DNA of 63,441 nt, filler included, from Sphacelaria rigidula (taxonomy: Eukaryota): the NCBI GenBank assembly GCA_964200075.2. It is 5 parts of 5 records of this genome, joined end to end, with 100 filler letters (N's around TTAATTAATTAA, not from the genome) between each part and the next. Parts side by side here need not be neighbours in the genome. Positions count along the whole stretch, not along the records: positions 1 to 12,609 come from CAXNAA020003573.1; 4 more parts are not named here. One strand, given 5' to 3'. Within the stretch, counting starts at the first letter, position 1, and each line of letters begins with the position of its first letter. Positions 1 to 12,709 of this stretch are shown here, one piece after another. The notes beneath the pieces were generated by a model, which was not told the DNA's origin, made no database searches, and saw only the letters and a list, made by a program, of their open reading frames with translations. The translations under genes were made by a program, and so were the position numbers.

Positions 1-1550
1 ATTCCTACTCCTAATAAAGACACCTCCAACATTCCGGCGCTCATTACGTTTCTTCCATACATCGCAGAAGAATATATTTTACATATGTTTCGCCTTCTGT
101 GCCCACAATCCATCACCCAGTGCATCAAACGATTTCATGCCACCTTCGTTCACGCCCCGCATTTCCCCCTCTAGCACGTCCCGTTCCTCCTTGTATGGTT
201 CACAGTCTGCCACTATATAACTTCTGCTCTCTATTACTTTGCCACAGACGCAGTTCTGTGCACCTACTTCCTCCTCCTTTCGACTACTGGACTGGTATAT
301 CTCTTTTTTCTGGCAGGTCCAGGTTCCCCCCCCGGAATCGCAGTTTCATATTTTTCCCCGCGTCCATGGGGCCATGCAGATATGTTTTCATCCCGATCCC
401 TTCTCTCAACCCCCCGCATATCTTCAGGTGTTTTTCCTCGTCTACTTTGCGTGTGAGAGCTCTTTTTTCCCTTATTTCTATCATGTCTACTACTTTTGCC
501 TTGTACCCCGCGCCTTCACCTATGGACAGTATTTCGTCTTGGTTTCTTCCTATCTCCTTTAATACTTTCTCGACTTCTCTATCCCACCTTATAGCACGCC
601 CTTTCGTACTTTTTTTTCCATACAGCCTCATCAGCTATAGCTGGCAATCTCTTTCTCTGCATGTTTTTTACGCGATATTGCCACCTCACTTGCCTCATGT
701 CTCTGTCTGTTTCAAGTGAGTACATTCCCAACTTTGCTTTCAGTGCTGTATTACTCGCCGTTTTCGATCACCAAAGTATCTTCTAGGCTGCTGCGCACTT
801 CTTTACTTCATCTCTAGTGAACTTTCTCTACATTTATGTCGGGCCTCTATCCTCCCGTTTCGACGTCTCTGCATCTGCCTCTGCCCACGCGTTCATTTCT
901 TTTTCGGATTCCTTGTCGAACTCCGTGGTTGTTTCTGGTGTTCCTAGTTTACGGTAATGCTCGACTAGCACTTCTCTTTCCCTTCAAACTACTGACCATT
1001 TTACCGTTCTGTGCTCGGAGTGTAGCTATCCCCTTGTCCCTCTTTTCTGCCTGGTTTCTCGTTATCCCTTCTATCCCTACCCACACTTGTTTCATCCCGC
1101 TGTCAAAATCTTCATTTGTTTTATTCACCACGTCTTCCCATACTTCCTTCTTCTGCTGTACCATCTTTCTTACTTCCTTCCGAGCTTTAGTATACTCCTC
1201 CCATCCTCTCGTACGTTTGCTCAACATCCACCTCGCGTGGGCCTCGTTCCTTACTCTGATAGCCTCTTNNNNNNNNNNTTTACTGCGCTGTTGCATACGA
1301 TCAGTTTCCTCCTCATGACTTTACTCGCTGTGTTCTTGACCAGCTGCTCCCATCCTTCTACAATCTCGCTCCTGCCCGATTTCTTTCCATTTCGGTATCA
1401 ACTGTATCTACGCGTTCCAACAGCTCGGAATAGTTCACTGCATTTTGGGCCATCTCCTCTTGGAACTCTTGCCGTTTCTCTTGCCGTTTCTCTTCCATAT
1501 CTAGTTCATCGATTCTCCTCTTGTACAGCTTCCCACCCCGCCTATTTCTT

Positions 1551-2331
1551 TTAGCTCTCGCCTATTGGCTTTCCGTTCACATTAGGCAGTGAGTGGTCTG
1601 TGGTTCCCACGTCCTCCGCGCATACATGTACTTCCATTTCTTCACTATTTTCATGCTCCACCGCTACATGGTCAAGAACGGAGCATTCTACCTTTCCTTT
1701 GCATTGCCTCGTCCATGTCCATTGCGCCTCTGGTTTCGGTACCCTGTCGTTCAGCGTTTTTATCTCGTTATGCTCAAGGAACTTCAGCATTTCTACCCCA
1801 TTCGTGTTGTTCTTATCTTCCCCGTATTGCCCAATGATATCATCCGGTTGACCTGCTCTTCCTACTCTTGCATAAAAATCCCCCACTAACATTACTTCTT
1901 GTCTTTTCAAATTATGTACATCTGTTGCTATCTCTCCAAACCTACGCTGGATACTGTTCACCGTACTCTTCGATTCTGGGAGCATATAGATATTCCCTAC
2001 GGAAGTCCCTTGTTCTCCGTTCTCCTGGTACCCTCATCCGTATGCTCTCGTCGGATTTCGTGTCATCCATCACCTCTATAATATCACACAGATATTCCTT
2101 GACTAAAAACCCTATTCCCCCCGCTCCCCTGCCCTTGTCCTTTTGTCCCTTCCACTTTTTCCCTATCCATGCGTACTCTTCAACTTTGCATCCTATTTCT
2201 ACTCCCTCTTCCTCCCATGACTCTTGGATCCCTACTGAATCTAGGTCGTGTTTACTCACTTGTCTAGCTATCTTTCTTAGTTTGCGCTCGTCTGTTGCGA
2301 AGCCACACACGTTCCACGATCCTATTCTCAA
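1551..2331 (-). pseudogene. LINE ORF2 apurinic-like endonuclease (APE/EEP) domain, frameshifted
   Basis: ORFs 1942..2331 and 1551..1985 carry the catalytic motifs WNV, QE, GDF(N>Y), D and TDH in the correct order. Confidence 0.9.
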
Positions 2332-2339
2332 ATTCCTTT

Positions 2340-3520
2340 CCGAATCACTATCTGCTCTCTTGTTGTCCCTGTCCTCTTCCTGTGCCTCTTTCTTCTACTT
2401 TCCCTTGCTTGATTGTTCTTCCCCTTGCCGGTTTCGACTTCGTCCATTTGTTTCGGTGTGCTGTGTCCCCTCTCCTTCCCCATCCGGGCATTGACCTATT
2501 CCTGCCTCTCTTTCCCTCGTTTTGCTCGGGCACTACGTCTTAGGTTTGTTGTTCCGTTAGCGATGCATTTTCTCCATCCTACAATTCTAACCCATGCCGA
2601 TACCTTACTTGTTTCTATCCTTTCCCACTCCTTGCTAGCTTTCTGCTTCAGTGTGACTGGGAGACACTCCCTCCCTTTCTACTTTTCCTCTTGCCAAACA
2701 GTATATTCCAACTTTACCGCATTCTTTTCAAAAACTATTCCCGTCATGTCGCTACGAACTCCGAATACCAGCAACACTAGTACCTTACCCGACCAGTCTT
2801 TACTCCTCCATCCGCCCTTCCTTACCATCTCTCTCTCGATCTCCTTCGAGGAAATCTACGACTTGTTCATTTGATTTGTATTCATGCGATATCTTCAACG
2901 TACTGGGATATCCCAATCCTAGTTCTCGTTGGGGGTCTGGCTCCTTTCAGTATTTCTGCTGGCTCGCCGACACTAAATAATGCCTCCAACACGGGNNNNN
3001 NNNNNAAACCAAGTTCAACACCTTTGACACAAGTACCCCACGTTTGTGTCAGGCGATCTTCCTGGTAAACCATCCAGGCGTCCCACGATCGTATCTTCTA
3101 TTTTCTTGCCCCGCTGCTGTACTGGTTACTTTCGGAGGTCATTTTCACCGTATAAGGTTCAAGGACGGCTTGCATTATACAAGGTCTTACTCACACCGGG
3201 ATGTCCCGTACATAACGTTTCCACTCCGTGTACGAATCACCATGCGTCGCTATTCCACTGATGCTTCCGAGTAGACCTTCGATGCCGAAATCATGGCCAA
3301 CGATTCCCCCATACTTTGTACCAGCTTTTATCCTTCAAGATCTCAAGAGTCGACGTACCGCTTCGTGCTCATTCTCGTAGGTCATGTGGTCGGTCATTGG
3401 TAAGGTCCTTGTTTCGTCAGTGCATTAGGTCTTGGCATGTATGCCATGCATTGTCCACCCCTTCCCTTTATGAGGCGCTTTTGCACCTAATGTCGGAAAT
3501 TTCTGGAAATGGCTGATCAG
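2340..3520 (-). pseudogene. Probable LINE ORF1 remnant
   Basis: Lies directly upstream of APE on the same strand, with the same purine-rich minus-strand bias and broken protein-like frames. No domain recognised. Confidence 0.5.
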
Positions 3521-3807
3521 TCTTCCACCGCCTACTGGAAACCGGTAAGGTTTTACGGGTATCTCACCACGAAACCACAACCTCCATGTAAATTTGACAT
3601 GGAGGGGGTGATGACCCTACCCTATCCGTACTAGATATATTTTTTTTACTTTCGATTAGCATGTAGGGTGGTCAACCTTCACGCTGTTGTTTACATGTCT
3701 AGGTTTTGTATTCATATTTTTTCTTCCGTTTGTTATGATATTGGGGGGAGGATCTCGGTTGTTTTCCGACTAGATATGAAACAGTAGATCTGATATTTTC
3801 CGCGATT

Positions 3808-6800
3808 CCACGTACATGTTTGGGCTGTGTTTTGGTAGGTACAAGAAGAAACACGTCTATATTCGGGCTGTGTTATGGTAGGTTGAAAAAAAAGCAGGGT
3901 GAGCTTCGTTATTCCATGACTGTCTGATTTGTGTTATGGTCGGTTGATGAAAAAGCAGGGTTAGCTTCTCCATTTCACGTCTATATCCGGGCTGTGTCAT
4001 GGTAGGTTGAAGAAAAAGCAGGGTTAGCTTCTCTATTCCACGTCTATATCCGGGCTGAGTCATGGTCGGTTGAAGAAAGAGCAGGGTTAGCTTTTTCTAT
4101 TTCACGTCCATGTCTGGCCTGTGTTACAGTAGGTTCAAGGAAAAGCAGGGTTAGCTTCTCTATTTCATGTCTATGCCCGGGCTGTGTTATGGTGAGTTGA
4201 AAAAAAAGCAGGGTTGGCTTCTCTACTTCATGTCTATGTCCGGGCTGTGTTGTGGTCGGTTCGAGGAAAGGCAGGGTTTGCTTCTCTATTTCATGTCTAT
4301 GTCCGCGCTGTTTCATGGTCGGTTGGAAAAAAAGCAGGGTTGGCTTCTCTATTTCATGTCTATGTCCGGGCTGTGTTATGGTAGGTTGAAAAAAAAGCAG
4401 GGTTGGCTTCTCAATTTCATGTCTATGTCCGCGCTGTTTCATGGTCGGTTGGAAAAAAAGCAGGGTTGGCTTCTCTATTTCATGTCTATGTCCGGACTGT
4501 GTAATGGTAGGTCAAAGGAAAACGAGGGTTAGCTTCTCTATTTCATGTCCATATCCGGGCTGTGTTCTGGTAGGTTGAAGAAGAAGCAGGGTTAGCTTCT
4601 CTACTTCATATCCATGTCTGGGCTGTGTCATGGTAGGTTGAAGAAAAAGCAGGGTGGGCTTCTATATTTCAAGTCTATGTCCGGGCTGTGTTATGGTGGG
4701 TTGAAGAAAAAGCAGGGTTAGCTTCTCTATTTCATGTCTATGTCCGGGCTGTGTTATGGTAGGTTGAAGAAAAAGCAGGGTTGGTTTTTCTACTTCACGT
4801 CCACGTCCGGGCTGTGTTCTGGTAGGTTGAAAAAAAAGGAGGGTCAGCTTCTCCAATTTATGTCTATGTCCGGGCTGTGTCATGGTGGGTTGGAAAAAAA
4901 GCAGGGTTAGCCTTTCTATTTCATGTCTATGTCCGGGCTGTATTGTGGTAGGTCAAAGAAAAAGCAGGGTTAGCTCCTCTATTTCATGTTTATGTCGGGG
5001 CTGTGTTATGGTAGGTTGAAAAAAAAGCAGGGTTGGATTCTCTATTTCATGTTTATGTCCGGACTGTGTCGTAGTAGGTTGAAAAAAAGCAGGGTTGGCT
5101 TCTCCATTTCATGTCTATGTCCGGGCTGTATTCTGACGGGTTGAAAAAAGAGGGTGAGCTTCTCTATTTCATGTCTATGTCAGGGCTGTTTCATGGTCGG
5201 TTGAAAAAAAAGCAGTGTGAGCTCTTCTATTTCATGTCTATGTCCGGGTTGTCTTCTGGTAGATCGGAGAAAAAGCAGGGTTAGCTTCTCTATTTCACGT
5301 CTATATCGGGGCTGTGTCATGGTAGGTTGGAGAAAAAGCGGGGTTAGCTCTTCTACTTCACGTCTATGTCCGGGCTGTGTTATGGTAGGTCAAAGGAAAA
5401 GCAGTGTGAGCTTCTCCATTTCATGTCTATGTCTTGGCTGTGTTCTGGTAGGTTGAAGAAAAAGCAGGGTTAGCTTCTCTATTTCATGTCTATATCCGGG
5501 CTGTGTTATGGTGGGTTGAAGAAAAAGCAGGGTTCGCTTCTCTATTTCATGTCTATGTCCGGGCTGTGTCATTGTGGGTTGAAGAAATAGCAGGGTTAGC
5601 TTCTCTATTTCATGTCTATGTCCGGGCTTGGTTATGGTAGGTCAAAGGAAAAGCACGGTTGGCTCCTCCATTTTATGTCCATTTCCGGGCTGTGTCATGG
5701 AAGGTTGAAGAAAAAGCAGGGTTAGCTTCTCTATTTCATGTCTATGTCCGGGCCGTGTCATGGTAGCTTGAAGAAAAAGCAGGGTTGGCTTCTCTATTTC
5801 ATGTCCAAGTCCGGGCTGTGTTTTGACGGGTTGAACAAGAAGGGTGAGCTTCTCAATTTCATGTCCATGTCCGGGCTATGTTATGGTGGGTTAAAGAAAA
5901 GGCAGGGTCGGCTTCTCTATTTCATGTCTATGTCCGGGCTGTGTCATGGCAGGTTGAAAAAAAAGCAGGGTTGGCTTCTCTATTTCACGTCTATGTCCGG
6001 GCTGTGCCATGGTCTGTTGAAAAAAAAGCAGGGTCGGCTTCTCTATTTCATGTCTATGTCCGGACTGTGTCATGGTAGGTTGAAAAAAAAGCAGGGTTGG
6101 CTTCTCCATTTCATGTCTATGTCCGGGCTGTATTCTGACGGGCTAAAGAAGGAGGGTGAGCTTTTCTATTTCGTGTCCATGTCCGGGCTGTTTCATGGTT
6201 GGTTAAAAAAAAGCAGTGGGAGCTTCACCATTCCATGTCTATGTCCGGGCTGTGTCATGGTAGGTTGAAGAAAAAGGGGGGTTAGCTTCTCCATTTTACG
6301 TCTATGTCCGGGCTGTGTTCTGGTAGATAGAAAAAAAAGCAGGGTTAGCTTCTCTTTTTCACGTCTATATCGGGGCTGTGTCATGGTCGGTTCGAGAAAA
6401 AGCAGGGATACCTCCTCTATTTCACGTCCATGGCCGGGCTGTGTCATGGTAGGTTGGAGAAAAAGCGGGGTTAGCTCTTCTACTTGACGTCCATGTCCGG
6501 GCTGTGTCATGGTAGGTCAATGGAAAAGGAGGGTTAGCTTCTCTATTTCATGTCTATGTCCGGGCTGTGTTATGGTAGGTTGAAGAAAAAGCAGGGTTAG
6601 CTTCTCTCTTTCACGTCTATGTCCGGGCTGTGTTATGTTGTGTTGAAGAAATAGCAGGGTTAGCGTCTCTATTTCAAGTCAATGTCCGGGCTGTGTTCTG
6701 GTAGGTTGATGAAAAAGCAGGGTTGGCTTCTCTATTTCATGTCTATGTCCGGGCTATATTATGGTAGGTGGAAGAAAAAGCAGGGTTAGCTCATCTACTT

Positions 6801-9800
6801 CATATCCATGTCCGGGATGTGTCATGGTAGGTTGAAAAAAAGCTGGGTGGGCTTCTCTATTTCACGTCTATATTCAGGCTGTGTCATGGTAGGTTGAAGA
6901 AAAAGCAAGTTTGCTTCTCTATTTATATCCATGTCCGGGCTATGTTATGGTAGGTCAAAGGAAAAGCAGGGTTAGCTTCTCTATTTCATGTCTATGTCCG
7001 GGCTGTGTCATGATAGGTTGAAGAAAAGGCAGGGTTGGCTTCTCTATTCCATGTCTATATCCGGGCTATGTGATGTAGGTCAAAGGAAAAGCGGGGTTAA
7101 CTCCTCTTTCTCATGTCTATGTCCGGGCTGTGTTATGGTAGGTCAAAAGAAAAGCAGGGTTAGCTCCTCTATTTCATGTCTATGTCCGGGCCGTGTCATG
7201 GTAGCTTGAAGAAAAAGCAGGGTTGGCTTCTCTATTTCATGTCCAAGTCCGGGCTGTGTTTTGACGGGTTGAACAAGAAGGGTGAGCTTCTCAATTTCAT
7301 GTCCATGTCCGGGCTATGTTATGGTGGGTTAAAGAAAAGGCAGGGTTGGCTTCTCTATTTCATGTCTATGTCCGGGCTGTGTCATGGCCCGTTGAAAAAA
7401 AAGCAGGGTTAGCTTTTCTATTTCACGTCTATATCCGGGCTGTGCCATGATTGGTTGAATAAAAAGCAGGGTTGGCTTCTCTATTTCATGTCTGTGTCCG
7501 GACTGTGTCATGGTAGGTTGAAAAAATGGCAGGGTTGGCTTCTCCGTTTCATGTCTATGTCCGGGCTGTGTTCTGACGGGCTGGAGAAGGAGGGTGAGCT
7601 TCCCTTTTTCATGTCCATGTCCGGGCTGTTTCATGGTAGGTGAAAAAAAAGCAGTGTGAGCTTCTCTATTTCATGTTCAAGTCCAGGATGTGTCATGGTA
7701 GGTTAAAGAAAAAGGAGGGTTAGCTTCTCCATTTTACGTCTATGTCCGGGCTGTGTTCTGGTAGATCGAAGAAAAAGCAGGGTTACCTCCTCTATTTCAC
7801 GTCCATGTCCGGGCTGTGTCATGATAGGTTGAAAAAAAAGCAGGGTTACCTCCTCTATTTCACGTCCATGTCCGGGCTGTGTCATGATAGGTTGGAGAAA
7901 AAGCGGGGTGAGCTCTTTTACTTCACGTCCATGTTCGGACCGTGTCATGGTAGGTTGAAGAAAAAGCAGGGTTAGCTTTTCTATTTCTCGTCTATATCCG
8001 GGCTTTGTTATGGTTGGTTGAAGAAAAAGCAGGGTTTGCTTCTCTATTTCATGTGTATGTCCGGACTGTGTCATTTTGGGTTGAAAAAATAGCAGGGTTG
8101 GCTTTTCCGTTCCATGTCTATGTCCGGGCTGTGTTCTGACGGGCTGAAGAAGGAGAGTGAGCTTCCCTATTTCACGTCCATGTCCGGGCTGTTCCATGGT
8201 CGGTAAAAAAAAGCAGTGTGAGCTTCTCTATTTCATGTCTATGTCCGGGCTGTTTCATGGTAGGTCAAAGAAAAGCAGTGTGAGCTTCTCTATTTCATGT
8301 TTAAGTCCGGGATGTGTCATGGTAGGTTGATGAAAAAGCAGGGTTGGCTTCTTTATTTCATGTCCAAGTCCGGGCTGTGATGTGGTAGGTTGAAGGAAAA
8401 GCAGGGTCAGCTTCTCTATTTCACGTCTATATCGGGGATGTGTCATGGTAGGTTGGAGAAAAAGCAGGGATAGCTCTTTTACTTCACGTCTTTGTCCGGG
8501 CTGTGGTCTGGTAGGTAAAAAAAAAAGGAGGGTTAGCTCCTCTTTTTCATGTCTATGTCCGGGCTGTGTCTTGGTAGGTAGATGAAAAAGCAGGGTTGGC
8601 TTCTTCATTTCATGTCTATGTCCGGGCTGTGTTATGGTAGGTCAAAGGAAAAGCAGGGTTAGCTCCTCTTTTTCATGTCCATGTCCGGGCTGTGTAATGG
8701 TACGTCACAGGAAAAGCAGGGTTAGCTCCTTTATTCATGTCTATGGCCGGGCTGTGTCACGGTAGGTTAAAGAAAAAGCAGGGTTACCTTCTCTGTTTTA
8801 TGTCCATGTCCGGGCCGTGTCATGGTGGGTCGAAGAAAAAGCAGGGTTGGCTTCTATATTTCATGTCTATGTCCGGGCTGTGTGATGGTAGGTCAAAGGA
8901 AAAGCAGGGTTAACTCCTCTTTTCCATGTCCATGTCCGGGCTGTGTCATGGTAGGTTAAAGAAAAAGCACGGTTGGCTTCTCTATTTTATGTCTATGTCC
9001 GGGCTATGTGATGTAGGTCAAAGGAAAAGCGGGGTTAACTCCTCTTTCTCATGTCTATGTCCGGGCCGTGTCATGGTAGGTGGAAGAAAAAGCAGGGTTG
9101 GCTTCTCTATTTCATGTCCATGTCCAGGCCGTGTCATGGTAGGTTGAAGAAAAAGCAGGGTTGGCTTCTCTATTTCATGTCTATGTCCGGGCTATGTTAT
9201 GGTCGGTTGAAAAAAAAAAAGGTGAGCTTCTCTATTTTACGTCTATGTCCGGGCTGTGTCATGGTAAATTGAAGCAAAAGCAGGGTTAGCTTTTCTACTT
9301 CACGTCTATGTCCGGGCTGTATTATGGTAGGTCGAAGGAAAGGGAGGGTTAGCTTGTTTATTTCATGTCCATGTCCGGGCTGTGTCATGGTAGGTTGAAG
9401 AAAAAGCAGGGTTAGCTTCTTTACTTCATGTTCATGTCCAGGCTGTGTCATGGTAGGTCGAAGAAAAAGCAGGGTTGGCTTCTCTATTTCATGTCTTTAT
9501 CCGGGCTGTGTTATGGTGGGTTGAAAAAAAAGCAGGGTTAGCTTCTCTATTTCATGTCAATGTCCGCGCTGTGTCAAGGTAGGTTGAAGAAAAACCAGGG
9601 TTAGCTTCTTTTTTTTACGTGTATGTCCGGCCTGTGTTATCGTAGGTTGAAGAAAAAGGAGGGCTAGCTTCTATATTTCATGTCCATGTCCGGGCTGTGT
9701 CTGGTAGGTTGAGGAAAACGCAGGGTTAGCTTCTTTACTTCATATCCATGTCCGGGCTGTGTCATGGTAGGTTAAAGAAAAAGCAGGGTTGGCTTCTCTA

Positions 9801-11010
9801 TTTCATGTCTATGTCCGGGCCGTGTTTTGACGGGTTGAACAAGGAGGGTGAGGTTCTCGTTTTAATGTCTGTCCGGGCTGTGTCATGGTCGGTTGAAAAT
9901 AAAGGAGGGTTAGCTTTTCTATTTCACGTCTATATCCGGGCTGCGTTATGGTAGGTTGAAAAAAAAGGATGGTTAGCTTCTCTATTTTACGTCTACGTCC
10001 GGGCTGTGTTATGGTAGGTTGAAGAAAAAGCAGGGTTAGCTTCTCTATTTTACGTCTATATCGGGGCTGTGTCATGGAAGGTTGAAGAAAAAGCAGGGTT
10101 AGCTTTTCTCTTTCACGTCCATTGCCGGGCTGTGTTATGGTAGGTTGAAGAAAAACCAGGATTAGCTTCTCCATTTTACGTTTACGTCCGGGCTGTGTTA
10201 TGGTAGGTTGAAGAAAAACCAGGGTTAGCTTCTCTGTTTCACGTCTATATCGGGGCTGTGTTATGATGGGTTGAAGAAAAAGCAGGGTTAGCTTTTCTCT
10301 TTCACGTCCATGGCCGGGCTGTGTCATGGTAGGTTGGAGGAAAAGCAGGGTTAGCTCCTTTATTTCACGTCTATATCCGGCTGTGTTATGGTAGGTTGAA
10401 GAAAAAGCAGGGTTAGCTTCTCTATTTTTATGTCTATGTCCGGGCTGTGTTCTGGTAGGTCAAAGGAAAAGCAGGGTTAGCTTCTCTCTTTCATGTCCAT
10501 GTCCGGGTTGTGTTATGGTAGGTTGAAAAAAAAGCAGGGTTAGCTTATCTATTTCATGTCTATGTCCGGGCTGTGTCATGATAGGTTAAACAAAAAGCAG
10601 GGTTGGCTTCTTCATTTCATGTCTATGTCCGGGCTGTGTTCCGATGGGTTGAAGAAGGAGGGTTAGCTTTTCTATTTCATGTCTTTGTCCGGACTGTGTC
10701 ATGGTCGGTTGAAGAAAAAGCAGGGTTAGCTTCTCTATTTCATGTCCATGTCCGGGCTGTGTCATGGTCGGTTGAAGAAAAAGCAGGGTTAGCTTCTCTC
10801 TTTGACGTCTATATCCGGGCCGTGTTATGGGGGGTTAAAGAAGAAGGAGGGTGAGGTTCTCTATTTCACGTCCATGTTCGGGCTGTGTTATGGTAGGTAA
10901 AGTAAAAGGAGGGTTAGCTTCTCTACTTCATGTCTGTGTCCGGGCTGTGTCATGGTAGGAGGGTTAGCTTTCCATTCATGTCTTTGTCCGGGCTGTGTCA
11001 TAGGAGGTGG
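3808..11010. repeat. 63-bp tandem satellite, about 110-115 units (length/63)
   Basis: Consensus approx TCATGTCTATGTCCGGGCTGTGTTATGGTAGGTTGAAGAAAAAGCAGGGTTAGCTTCTCTATT. 21-aa periodicity in the ORF track. Recurrent 60-bp variant (..TGACGGG..AAGAAGGAGGGTGAG..). Degenerate units at both ends. Confidence 0.97.
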
Positions 11011-11713
11011 AAAACATAAACATAAAAACGGAAAAGGGAGAAAAAAGGAGGAAAATGCTAATAAAGAAGGAGAAACAGAACGACTAAGGAAAAGAAGGTA
11101 GTAAAATCAGGGAAAAGAGCCCATCTTGGGTATATCATGTCTATATCCATGTTGTGTGTTTCTTGGGGGAAAGCGTCGGTTTGTTTAATTTTTCCAATGT
11201 TGTGTCCGTCGGCCCGGGACTTTCTTCGTCTAGTGGCGGTTCAAGGTATATGTACGGGGACAGTCTGTACATTTGCCCAGGTTTTGGTGGCTTGTTTAAC
11301 ATCGCCGTTGTCACTCGACGCCAACCCAAGAGTCTAGAGGTGAGGGGGTATGGGGAGGGGGGGGCGGGTACCCTATTTGAGGAGGGGGGTACCCCTCTGA
11401 TCGATGGATGATTGCGATAGTTGTTGCTGTTTGTGTGCGCATCGGTCTTAGAACTCACATCATGTACAAAACATATGCTGCTTGCTGCTGTGTCCGACAC
11501 TGCGTACCAACCGCAGCGTGACGCCTTTGGCGGTACTACCTGCTCACTGCACAGCGGCAGGGTGCAGGGTGACAAAGCACATCGAAATTAATGCAATACA
11601 AAGCATTAATTTCGCGCTGTCCCATGCAGTTCGCCACATCATGAATGCAGCTGCGGCCAACGTGTACGCGAAATATCACCCCTCGCTACGCGATATATCG
11701 CTACGACATATTT

Positions 11714-12609
11714 TGTAAAGCTGTCCGTGTTGCAGCTACAGCGTGCATTTGCTCCAGGTGGCGCACGCAGGAGTGAAAGACCGCTTCCGCCGCTGTAATG
11801 ACTGCCTGTATCTTGGGTGAAGCTGTATGATAACACAGCCGCTTCGGCGAAAACGCTGCCTGGAGCATTCCACATCGTGGAGATTGGGTTACCCTGCTAT
11901 CTCCAGGTGTAGCGTTGCAGTTACCGACATGAAGTACGAGTACTGTATTGTCTCGATCACAAACTTGACCTGGGTTTCAGCTATCGTTACGCAGAGCAAT
12001 TACTGGTAGAATATAAGGATATTGCGTTGAAGTATACACCGACGTATATAGCTACATCAGGTGTACGAGATACGAACAAAAAAGGGTCCCGCATGCAGAC
12101 GCCCTGCGTGTGTTGCAGTCTGCGTGCAGAATAACGAATGACTTGGATCTACTGGAGACTGTAGCATACTTGTACTGTATCATCCAGCTCTTAACTACTC
12201 GTGCTCGGTTTTGAGGAGAGCTGGCTTGGTGATATATCTCAGATACATGTGCAGTGCGATACAAGTAGGTTCAGCCAACAACAGGAAGTTGCAGTTGAAA
12301 GTAGGATAATATGGGAGACTTGAGGTTTGCTATTTGCGAAGAGAATGAGCACCACGGATGTGTGAATGCAGACAGGGGTTCAAGGGGAATTGGAGCGTGT
12401 GCTGTTTGCCCATCATGGGTCAGTCTTCCGAGAGCCACACCAGCAGCAAGTCAAAGACCAGTGTACACTCTAAGCAGTGTAATAAAACCTCAACCAGCTA
12501 ACATCGTTTTGGGACACCAGCTCGACACCTTTGACCACGATCAGCAAGCCGCACCACAAGCGAGGACTCTGAACACCCCAGCCTGTGAACCTACGAGAAC
12601 ACCACAAGC
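11714..12609 (+). mobile_element. Probable LTR of an LTR retrotransposon, truncated by contig end
   Basis: Begins TGTAAAG, non-coding, AATAAA at 12481 followed by U5-like sequence. No partner LTR or internal region is visible. Confidence 0.4.
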
Positions 12610-12709
12610 NNNNNNNNNNNNNNNNNNNNNNNNNNNNNNNNNNNNNNNNNNNNTTAATTAATTAANNNNNNNNNNNNNNNNNNNNNNNNNNNNNNNNNNN
12701 NNNNNNNNN
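12610..12709. other. Artificial contig spacer
   Basis: N44-TTAATTAATTAA-N44 (all-frame stop linker). Confidence 0.99.

Larger units (their letters stand above)
1..3520 (-). mobile_element. Decayed non-LTR retrotransposon (LINE): ORF1 remnant, APE endonuclease and ORF2 C-terminus; RT core missing; 3' end cut by contig edge
   Basis: Minus-strand APE motifs RIGSWNVCG, GIQESW, LVGDF, LDHV, TDH. Downstream linker (RGWEEYTKARKEVRKMV) and Cys-containing C-terminus (KLRFRGGNLDL...CVCG). Many stops and frameshifts. 5' limit approximate. Confidence 0.9.

Noticed and set aside
99-2874. Plus-strand ORFs of 150-208 aa
   Set aside because: Antisense shadows of the purine-rich LINE strand.
3510-3635. Hammerhead/HDV ribozyme or Helitron end at the LINE 5' end
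   Set aside because: A hairpin CCTCCATGT/ACATGGAGG exists, but the core is CTGATCA rather than CTGANGA, no HDV pseudoknot could be built, and the CTAG is not followed by T.
3808-11010. CRISPR array or repeat-protein gene
   Set aside because: Units are contiguous diverged copies without unique spacers, no cas genes are present, and every frame is interrupted by recurrent stops and indels.
11714-12609. 3' LTR of the adjacent Gypsy
   Set aside because: It lies across an artificial spacer and shows no visible similarity to 22922-24430.
12654-12665. Periodic TTAATTAATTAA motif
   Set aside because: Synthetic linker embedded in N runs.
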